A stretch of 64,000 nucleotides of DNA from Botryllus schlosseri (lineage: Eukaryota), in NCBI GenBank assembly GCA_051294905.1, contig CM119379.1:15686001-15750000 (forward strand), given 5' to 3'. A program made the position numbers and the translations under genes. Each line of letters starts with the position of its first letter. Position 1 is the first letter of the stretch. Under the pieces are notes generated by a model that saw only the letters and a list, made by a program, of their open reading frames with translations, was not told where the DNA came from and did no database searches. Below are positions 25,502 through 37,500 of this stretch, piece by piece.

Positions 25502-28500
25502 ATGCCTGATATAGGAATAGGTGGAATGCTTCCTGTCAAAGTTCCATCCACCGTCATCTTCGAAGATCTACTTCGAACCAAATACTATTGTCAAGTCACA
25601 AAGCAGAAGGTAATGTTAGCATACATCTGATATAAAGTGAAACTGAACTGAACCACCGCCCCCTGACATGTCATGACTAGAGCCTGACTGATATTTTTAC
25701 CGATATCAAACTGTAACATTAATTACTGGCTGTAATTTGAAATACACATCCCAATCACAGATTGATGTTCTATAGATAAAATTACAAAATAAACCTTGAA
25801 ATTTGGCGGGGGTATACGATCACAGGGTTCATCTGTATCATCATCCAGTCAGCTGCACCGGCATTGGAGTTTTAGGTATGGAAAAAAACTAACAAAAACT
25901 GATCATAAATATATAAACAAATAACTATTATCGGGGAACAAGCAAAACTAGCGAAGTGATTTTAAATATTCAAATACGCAAAAAATCAAGGCACAGTACA
26001 ATCTAACTCCAGCCGAGTAAGAAAATAGCACTTTCAATCCAACAGACGTATATTGTAGATCAAAAATAACATCTTTTCAGCATTTTCATCGAGAAGTGAA
26101 CTCCTACGGTCTGCATAAATCAACCCAACAGCAACCACGTGAGTTGGCCAACGTCAATATTTCTGCAGAGAAATTGGTCAGACTCTAGTCATGACATAGT
26201 TACTATGTGATTGAGTCATTGAGTGTAGATGCCTCTTTGTAACACATTCTTCCATTTTTATCTCCATACATCTGCGCCAAGGTGGTAGTTTGATTGATTT
26301 ACTTCATCAAGTTTTTTCAGCTCCTTCCTTTCTTTTCGTAGCATTGATAAAACACATATAGGGCTGGGCACAATGATATGAGTCCTGGAATATTAATTGA
26401 GTATTAATTCTAATGACTTGAGTCGAGTAGAGTAGAGTAGAGAGAGATGATTTTTTCGACTACTGGAATTATGCACTTCTTGCCACTAAGCGTCAATTTA
26501 TCAAGGAGAATTATAGTATCAATACCATTTTCCACTCTGAAAGGCTGTAAACCTCGGTTGGTCGTATTACAGCTGAGGTGGACAACCTTTTTGCTAATCA
26601 CGGCCGCATGTCGATTACTTATGTATCGTACAGCCGCATTCCAGGGCATAGCCGTAATGAACTAACTTGATGCCAAATACCTATGTTAAACTGTCCATGT
26701 CTATTTCTGGTGAACTTTGGACAATTCTACTTTTCATATCGGCCTATTATACGCACCGAAATTGTGAGTGGTAATGTTATGAATAGTCATAAATTTTTCA
26801 GATCACGGATGGATTCCGTCATTAATAGTAGCAGTATCACATATTACTATCAAATGTTTATCCTTTCGCAGCCCATGTGATCAGATTCACCGGTAGAGGT
26901 GATAGAGGGAATGCTTTCGAAAATTTAGGTTAAGTTACAAATGATAATGCATCTTCGGGTGGGCCAATTGCTATTAGTCACTTTGTTGCATGCTGTTATT
27001 TCTTGACCCCTCATCAGGATTGTCGGCAATGTTCCCTCTAATTTTTGACAAGTCTGCGCACACTCACCAACTCACTGCGCAGACCCTTGGACAACAGTGC
27101 GTAACTACTAAAAAAAGGTCATCACTTCGGATGTTTTGTGCGCAACTTGGATTTTCTGTGCGCAGAGACCGTGTCAGCACTGCACATTTGCGCACGTGCG
27201 CAGCTTAGAGGGAACATTGATTGTCGGTATGATAAAAATATATTGGAATCGCCCAAATGTATCAGAAACAACTTTCCTTCGTGAGGAGCACACGATTCCG
27301 ATTCCAGTTGAGATTGCAAAGGACCCTACTATATTAAAATTGAGAAATGAAGTCGCATTGAATAACGCGGAGCGTGAAGAAAAAATTTCAAGATTAATTA
27401 AAATATGTCAAAAATTCGGCAGTGAATTCGTAATTTCAAGTTTCATGTCGACGTCTGCCAACACATACTAATTGAATTACGTGTCGACGGCCGCACAAAT
27501 TTCCTGCTAAGGCCGCAGATTGCCCACCTCTGTATTACAGCATACGAAACCAGTAGTAGAAAGCTCCGTACGCTAATGGAAATGGCATGAAATTAGGTAT
27601 AGTCGCCATTACATTCTTTTTGGTCGCATAAAAGGTACATATTTGAACTTTTCACATCATTTATACTGTTGCGGCATAACATGAATGATACTCAGATACT
27701 TGACTCGGGCGAAATACTCGATTCAGAATCAAATCACTGTCGGATTTGCTCAGCCCTAATGGCAATAAAATCATACTGATACTAAGCTATTGATTATAGC
27801 ATAAGCAGTGCTTCTACTGCGGCTCAACAGGAAAATATCTGGCTGTTTCAGGATGTAGATCTTGTAATGGAGCTCACCGCTGTTCCGTGCACAAGCGGGA
27901 AGCATTCGTGTTTACGGTACGTAATGATAGTCGATGTCAGTGGAAGCATGGACGCCATAGTGGGAAAATCATCCGATAGTATACTCGAACGCATCAAGGT
28001 ATGCGAAGTAGTAGTTTGGATGTGTGGGTTTTGTCCAGCACGCTATGTTTGCTGTTCCAGGTGTTTGTCGACGTGGTGATTCACAAAATTGCTCATGACG
28101 ATTCATTGGCGATTGTATCGTTTGCCGACAACGCGCGCGTGGACTTTCCTCCGACTGCTATGACGGATACAGCGAAGGTGATGGCAGAAAATTACATTGC
28201 CCTCATACAATCATACTACATAATCCAATGAATGTGTACGGACAATGTCGTACATTGTAACTATATCCATCGTGTTGTGTGTGTCGCCATAGTAGGGTTA
28301 CCATATTTTCTAGGCCCCAAATCCGAACGCTCTTCATTATCCATGCGGTGTTGAAAATGAGGTATGAACACATTATCTGTCAATATGATGTCACATTCGC
28401 AATGCTTTGCAAATCCATTAAACGCCCCCCCCCCCCTAAAAAAAATACGTTTGTCTTGGGCCCCATAGGGTGATCGACAAAACAAGACGGGCCAAGACGG

Positions 28501-31500
28501 GCCATTTCAACTCAATCCCCTTTATGCATATCATTCCATAAAACTCACACATATTATATCCGTAGCGGGCAAGTCCGATATAGACTATGTGCAGGTAATG
28601 GTGAACTATAGACTTGTCTCTAAATATCGTCGCTGGAAAGCCAAACAGTCTTATGTCAATATAATTAGGACATAAATCAGTTTTGTTTTCAATTTCCCTT
28701 GAAACTTCAAGTTCAAATGTCCACTTCACTGGATATTCCTGCTATTTAGGAACTTGGAACCCGGTTAACGAAAGATCATCTCCAAATAGTTATAGAAGAT
28801 CAAAATTCTAAAATACGCGAAGTGGACATAGGACAATTTGGTTTTCTAGCGACGGTATTCATATCGGCTTAGTGTTAATGGTATGAAACTTCTTCTTCAA
28901 ATTCATGAATGAATTCCGTCAATAATATGGGTAGTGGCACCTAACACAATAAGGGCCTGACACAATGATTCGAGTACTCGGATCTGAATCTAGTATTAAT
29001 ACTAGTGATTCAAGTCGAGTAGTACATGATTTTTTCGACCACTGAAATTTTATACACTTCTTGCCGTTAAAAGTTACTACATAAATGAGAATGATAGTTT
29101 CTGTACTCTTTTTCTAGCCGCAAAGATACATCTTGCATTGTAAAAAGTAGCCACATTCGATAAACTGCTGAGAGTTTACGACCCCAAAACCATATCCACT
29201 TTTTGAAACTGCTTGTGAAACTTTCAAATCTTTCATTTACTACTTCTACTAGTAGCAATTTTGACATGTATTGGGAATTGCTACTTGTAATTGTGATTGA
29301 GTTTAAATTACGTCACTGCTTTGATCACCTCTGGAAATAATATCACCTATCATACATTATACTGTACGTTCCATACACGTCTCAAGTAACTCTTGCGCGT
29401 CCAGGAAGAAGCTTTAAAAGTCGTGAAAGGCCTACAAGCCGGTGGTGATACGAATCTCGAATTAGGACTCGTGGCAGGCTTGAATTTACTTCAAGGGTTA
29501 GTACCATCTGTACATCCGGTAATTGGAAATAGATCTTATTAGCGCCTGATTTCAGCGGGGAGAAAGAAGATCGAGACCTCATTATTCTGTTTACCGACGG
29601 GGAACCTAACAAGGGTCAGATGGATGCAACCGAGCTGGTGAAGCAGTATCGTCAGACACAGGCGTCATTGGGAAAAGAATCTTGTGTTCCTTTATCTGCT
29701 TTTACTCTCGGAGGTTACACGCCGACACTTTTGCATTCGGTGAGATGGATGATTTTTCAATTTTTGTGAATTTCAACATATATAGCGAACGACAGTTACA
29801 TATAGGGTACATATAGGTTACAAATTGAGTACGCAAGCTGTTTTATTCCGAATTGAGTATGAAGCTTTGAGCAATCAAGCATGACACCATAGCGATATAG
29901 ATGACGTGGAAAGTTTGAAATATCTGACCACACACTATATATACACTATATTGAAGTTTATTTTGTATATTCGGCGGGGGAGATAGTGTAGTGGTTACGA
30001 TAAGCGCCCACCAATCTGACGAACCGGGTTCGATTCCCGTCGGGGATTCATCTGGGCTCCTCCTCCCCCGCCGTTGCCGTTCTTACGGCGACAAAAAGCC
30101 CAGTAAAAGACCCGACGAAGAAAAGCACTCACAAGGAACGGAAAGAACTAGTAGAAAGGGTCCCGGCTTCAAAGAAGATCAACATCGAAAAAGAACTGTG
30201 ACATCGGGCAGTCTAGGCCGAGGTGGATGTTAGAGTAAAGGATCGCTACTGATGCGTGTCGTTCGATATCCTCCTATCTGTTCATGACATCGTATTATGT
30301 CTTATCGCATTGTGCATTGTGTGTGACTGTTCAGATGAAAAATATAACCCAACAATGTTATGTTATGTTATGTTATCTAGTACGGCCTGCCTTGTGCTAC
30401 ATGTTTTGAATACTAAGATGGTTGTAAGGCGTCCTTGGCGAGATGAGAGTATCGGAAACAATAATTCTCATTGAAATTGTAAACATATAATTCTCGCCGT
30501 GGCAAGGAGTCTATGATCACAGTATTAGAAACACATCCTCTCTCTTTGCTTGACTCAAATCGTTACGACTCATTTACGGAAAGCTTTCCGACTGGCTCTC
30601 AACCAGGGTCGTAACCAAATCACAAGGTTCCGAGTCACAAGTCAATATCACTTTTATAGTTCTGGCTCGAGTCAAGTCCGAGTCCAAGTCAGTGAGTAGA
30701 GGGTCGAGTCTGAGTCATAGTATTGTGACTTGAGTCCGAATCCAAGTCATTGTGTTCACCGTTCAGTTTTGAGTTCAAATCCTGTTCAACCCACTTTTTT
30801 CCACTCTACTTCAGTTATATAGAATGGCTCTCATTCACAATAACGTAATTTTCCTCAGTCCTAACAATTTCTTGCCCTATTTTCCAAGTAGCAGGAATGA
30901 TAGATGAAATATCAATAATGTGATGACTTGACTATTCTTCGAAGTTACAATGAAATGTCTGTATTGGCTGTCCTAGTCTCGAGTCATATGACTTGTTTCG
31001 AGTCATACACAATGACTCGAGTACAAGTCGAGTCCATACAAAAATTGATTCGAGTCGAGTCATGTTACGCATTTGAAAAATATTCAAGTCAAGTCATCAA
31101 AAAATCGGGATTCGAGTCGAGTCATGACTGGAGTCATAACAACCCTGCCCTCAACGGTGGTGAACGTTTTCACGTCAGTAGTGGGATGAATTAAATTCGA
31201 AATGTAGGAAATATTTTCTGGCGACGTAATATTGAAATGACTGAACAACTAGCAGTATGGTACACAGTGTATATTTGCATGAAGACTCGGAAATAAATTT
31301 AGAGCATAGAGGTGTGCCTTCTGGCGGCAGATGATTGACTTTCGCAGATTATAATTGTAGACTCTAGCACAGCACAGCAAGTTTAGCTGTGTGATAACAC
31401 TATTATGGTTGTGCGAAATCTCAGCATCTGCAATATCGCTGTATCATTTCGGTGGAGAATATTTCCTTATGATTATGCCGGTAGTCAATGTAGCCGCCGA

Positions 31501-34500
31501 TGCTGCTCAGGTATAAACTGAAGATGAAAGATTTGACAATCATTTAGCTTTTGAAAAAAAATAATAGTTTGAAAATATATTGAAGATTTTGTATTGTACA
31601 TCAACAGCGCTGTGAACTGCACTACCATTAAATACATGGAAAATCTCACACTAAGACTCTACCGTTTTAGCTATCATGTCAGCTGGGAAGTGATGCATTC
31701 TACTGGCTGAATGAACACCAAGAATTCGAGAGGGATATGCTCACGACGATATTTTTAAGGTAGAATTGCACACACTGTCTTGTGACGCGCGTATGTGTAT
31801 TATCCAGCCGGTTGATTCTAAAAAGGGAAAAAACTACAGTCTCCGACGTCGCCATCGAAATGAGCTGTTGCGACGCCGTGAACTTCAATCTCAAGTTAAC
31901 GTATAAGACGGATCGCATGGTGGGTACTAAGTTATTACTGCTGTGAATGTCGAATTCATTCTTGCTGTTTTAAAAGACAATTTTACGGTACTATATATTT
32001 CAATAGTCTCAACCACAATGTCAACACAAATGACACATGCCCATAAGATCCTGGATATGGTGAAGTAGTTGGTATTTTTTATGTCACAGTTCATCTGTAA
32101 CATGGTCAGCCATGTCTGCCTCTGGTGTTTCATGGGGTAGGGATAGGACGAATCACATATTATTATAGTACTGTCACAAAGCATATAGCCTGTTCACGAC
32201 AATACCGATATGCATTTTCGCCAATGATCGTGAATTAAAGTGTACAACTAAATGCATGATGAACAGTTGCTACATTGTTTAGTTAAAACGCAATTTCCTT
32301 GTTGCTTTTTTCAGGAATTGTCTCTGGATAGCATGAACACCAAGATACATTCTATCGTAGAAGGCACAAAGAAGCACATTCCTTTAAGTTTATGTCTCAC
32401 TAAAGACATGCAGGTGATAGTTTAGCATTGATATCTAAATGGAAATGTACGAAACTGTTTAGAGAACTCTCTCTCCGCGTGAACCGAGGAGTCGCGTAAA
32501 TTTCCGTTTCCATGACTTCACTGTCAAGTCTTGTAACATTAAACAACAACACAACTGATTTTGAACTGCGACTAGGGCTCAGATTGTGACTCGTCAAAAG
32601 TGTGACTGCTGTTCTGCTATCTCATAGTATTATGGTTTTGAGATAACTTGAACAGCTGGTGAAGTTGAAATGAAGACATGATTCAAGTCTGGTTGTTTTG
32701 TGGTATTAACAGAGGTGGTCAGTAACGAAGTACTTCTACTTTTTCGAAGTACTCAAGTAGTTTTCCTCTACTTCTGGTACTTACTCAAGTAGACCTGAAT
32801 TTTACTACTTCTACTTCTACTTCATAATATTTTGTGATCTACTTACTTACTTTTCGCTATTTTCAGTTTGTCAAGTAGAAGTAGTTTAATCCTCCAATCA
32901 GGAAGCAAGCCTGAGAAATTTCGGGGCTGCTTTCACGGAGTATCGACATTTAATTTTCATAAAAGTTGAGTTAAGCCTAGAATTTTCGTCGCGCTTTGCG
33001 CGCAGTCTTATCGGAGTATCCAGTGTGATTTCACCAAAGTATCGGTGAATATAATTTAGGTAGCGGGTTGCCGTGGTTCCGTTCACACCGCATTGTTGCC
33101 CTTCGCCATATCAAATATTTCATCACAGTATATATGGCTTATCATAACGTTTGAAACTGATGTTTCGCAATCTAGCATTTACTTGTCATACCGTGATCTA
33201 ACTGTCCATGGCGTGTCCTAATCTGGAAAAGTGGACCCTGACTTTTTTTTAGTTTTAGAGCTGTTTTAGCATACCAACCTTCGAAACTTTCTGGACTAAA
33301 GACATTAAATACATGTTCCGTTTTTAGATTTATATTTCACTTTCAATTCCCAGTACCATATATTTTGATTTCTAAATATCAGTTCTTTTGTCTGGATAAC
33401 GTACATCTTGAAGTATAAAAAGTGTAGTAATGCCTTCAATTTCCAGAAATAAAGCTACATAATATAGCATTTTTACGGTCCACCATATTTTTTATTTACG
33501 TTTACTAATCGAAGAAAGGGTTTACACCGCATCCAACACAACATCTCCGTATTGCTCTTCGACTAAACTACAGGCCTTATAATATGTGGGAGTGCGCAAT
33601 ACCATGATATTTTCTAAAACGTGCTGTTTGAGTAAACAGAGGATTAGTATCGCATTTCCATATCAATACTATCATTTTCATCCCATGATGTGGACGAATA
33701 CTTATGCTATTGAAAACTGGATACCTGTTGGTATGCATTAATATGAATCAAGCTCGTCACCTGTCGCATAGCTCAATTTGCACCTTTTTATAATCCATGT
33801 GAGCGAATTAGGATCGTTTTCACAACTACTTACTTACTTGAGTACTTTTAAAGTCGGTCAATTCTACTTCTACTTCAAGTAGTTTTAGGTTGCTCATGAA
33901 AGAAGTACTTCTACTTGTACTTGAGTAGATTTTTTCGTCGCTACTTCTACTTCTACTTGAGTAGCTTTCTTGACTACTTTGACCACCTCTGGGTATTAAT
34001 GGTGTTTTTCAACTACAACTGTCATTTACACGAGCTTATTTTTTTATGTTGAGTCCGTAGCTGCCGACTTGGAGCACTGCCTTCTAGGGTGGAGTCAACC
34101 TCAACCTATTGATGTTGCAGCCGTGGATTACACCACTGCGCTATTTTGCCACATTCCAGTCGAGTAATGAGAGACAATTGTTTCGAGTACTGAAATTCTA
34201 TTCTCGTTTTCACTAAGAATTATACTATCACCGAGCATTATCTTTTCGTTACTTTTTTCCTACCGTGGAAACATTGAAATCTCAATAGTTCGTTTTAGAG
34301 CTTACAAAACATGCAATGCAAACGCAACATTTTCACAAACCACAATGAAATAAGTGTAGTCAAAAATATCACATTATCTTTAATGTCGTATACAGCTGAC
34401 ATTGTTGTCTTCGTCGTCGCATCAAAGCAGGGCTGTAACCAAGTCACAAGGCTCGGAGTCCCAAGTCAATCCCACTTTTATAGTTGTGACTCGAGTTAAG

Positions 34501-37500
34501 TCGAATCAATTTTTATTTTACCACCGAGTCAGAGTCATGGTATTACGACTCGAGTCTTAGTCCAAGTCATTGCGTTGACTGCTCAGTTTCGAGTTAAAGT
34601 CTAGTTAAAACCACTTTTTATAACTCTGTTTGGTAATATTGAATGTTTCGCATTTAAAATATACTAATTTTCCTCACTTCCAACAGTTCAAGTCGCATTT
34701 TCAAGTACCAGTACTGATAGGCGAAATACAGACAGTGTAGCTACTTTATCATTCTTCGAAATTACAACGAAATGTTGGCCTTGGCCGTCTGTGACTTGAG
34801 TCAAGTCGAGTCATCAGAAAATTGTGACTCGAGTCGAGTCATTACAACCCTGCATCAATTTCTAAATCATTCGTGCTGTTACATCGTCATGGTCACGATA
34901 ATATTGACGTGAAATAGCCATCGTATCGTAGCCTTTCTGGAATGCTAACATGTTTCTGCAGGATATCATCGATAAACCGATCGTGAACGTAAAACTTTCC
35001 TACCTCGACAATATAATGAGGAAAAGAGAGCTAACAGACACAGTGACGCTCTCCTTGCCACCGCCGACGGAAGTGGACGGCCCGACAAAAAGACAAGGTC
35101 AGTGACTAGGGCCTAGCAAGCTACGCGATGACCACCCTCCATGCTCTATTCAGGTTCTTTCTTGCCCGATATCACGGCCTTTTGCGTGACGAACAACGTT
35201 GCCGATACCACAAAGACGGCGGCACAGACTTCGCTGGCGGCTGTCGCAGATTCTAAATGCAGAGTCGTGACCATGGCGGCCATTTCAAGGATAGTGAATT
35301 CGAACAAGTAAGCCGCTTTTTATGCTGATATTAGCACAGGTTATTGGAGATTTTACCTCCACATAAATTAACGAATTCTGTGTATCTGAAGAATATACAA
35401 AGCAATATCTTGCATCTAACCATAAAGTTAGGGTTTGTCATGGATAATACTTATCTGATTGTCACCGTGGATATTACCTTGTAAGATAATATGTTATGGC
35501 TAAGCTTTTCAAAGAAGCTTCTCACACTGCATTTCAGTAATGGAACTTTCGTTCACTAACGAAGTATGTAGCAATCATATTAATATTTCGTCCTTATGGG
35601 TAGATACTATACTATATACTGGCTGTGTTCAAAACATGTTGAAAATAACTTTCACCTAGCTTAGCCAATTATAACTCCAAATGTAAGACCAGCATACACA
35701 ATTTCATACATTGCTATGAAAATGTTGTGAATAAATTTCTTCGGGAAGTACCAACGGAGGTTCAAGCATTACCGATTTAGGATACTTGAGTTTGATGTGA
35801 CCAAAGTTTGAATTTTATGCCTGAATGCGGTATCTGGTTTGGTATTTTTAGGTTGGTTTATTGTCTCGCTTAGTTTTGCTATGTTAGCCCTGTTGGCCGT
35901 ACCACGTCAGTACTAAGACCAGTGTTGTAACCAAGCTACAAGTTCCCATGTCACAAGTCAATTCTACTTTATAGTTTTGACTCGAGTCAAGTCTAGTCAT
36001 TTTCTATTCACCAACGAGTCAAGTCCAAGTATGTGTTCAACGGTTCGAGTCCAAGTCATTGTGTTTGCTGTTCATTTTCGTGTTCAAATTTGTTCAACTT
36101 ACTTTTTGACTTACTGCTTGGGTGATATTGAATCCCTCGCAATCATAATATAGGCATTTTCCTCCCTTTGCTCAGTTTCTGGCCCTATTTTGCGAATGCC
36201 GGTACTGATAGACGAAATACCAATAGCAAGGTAGCTTACAACACTTCTAAGTTGCAACAGAATGCTTGTCTTGGCCGTCCGAAACTCAAGTCATATGACT
36301 TGATCGAGTCACACACAACGACTCGAATGCAAGTCGAGTCGATACACAAAATGCTACAGGTCGAGTCACCAAATATCGCGACTCGAGTCAAGTCATTGCT
36401 GCCCTGACCAAGACTAGTTCGGAAATTCAGATTCATTAAATATTTACATGCAGGGGCTCACAACACATAATTCCAACAAAGATCGCGCGTGAGACCATCT
36501 TAGAGATCAACCGAATTAACAACCAGTACAAGTCAGTGATACAGGAGAGCAGCAAGCAGTCGCAGCAGCTTAGAGAGGACATCGGAAATTGGATAGCGCG
36601 AGTTAACTTTAGCGGAACCTTCAAAAAGTGAGATTAGCGAGAGAGCATAGGCAAAGGCGGGCCACGTCATAGGTCGATTGTGTTCAGTAAGAGAAGGTTG
36701 GGAAGGCTGTTTGCAATGCAATCATCTCTGGAGAACGAGATGCCGGCCGCCAGAGGGGTTTTCGATCCACAGCAAAGGCAACCGTATCTACATCCTGAAT
36801 TGGAAGAACAGCTACATCGCATTGATACGGTGAATTGGCAAGCTTGTTGTTATTTGTGGTATTCATGGTGTTCTTCGACTACAGTGGTCATTTACATCAG
36901 GCCGATATTCAATATTCTGATTCCATATCTGCAAACTTGTAACACAGCCTACTTTTAGGCCTTTGTAAGACCAGAGGGGTTTAAATCTGTAGAAAAGGCA
37001 ACCGTATCTAAATCCTCAGAACAGCTACATCACATTCATATGGTGAATTGGCAAGCATGTAATAATCACAGTATGCAGTGTGGTGATCAGAAGGGTTGCT
37101 CAAAAATAACTTTTTTCTTCAAATTTTACTTGCTTAGTAATTCAATTGTCAGGTTGCCTAAAAAATGCTAAGCACCAAATTTGGATCAATTCTGACCCGT
37201 AGAAGCCGTGCAATCAGGGAAATTACTCAGAAATCCCTATTTCTAATTGTAATTGAATAGTGCAACGCACAACACATTCATATTCGCAATTTATTCACTC
37301 CAAGCTTTTCAACTGACACTCATCGTGAGCGGTCGTCAGTAAATACAGAGATTGCAATTTGAAATTTAAAGATGAAATAGACAGTGTGACGTTAGAACGG
37401 TATAATAAAAACAATGAGAGAATTCACAAAACGATAGCGTTAAGCGCAGATGCAATTAGCCCAATACAAATTGGCTATAATATATAGCCAGATTCGCAGC

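Noticed and set aside
29973-30060. tRNA gene candidates here and at 7344 and 19958
   Set aside because: A/B boxes are present but no closed cloverleaf is evident, and they run into SINE bodies.
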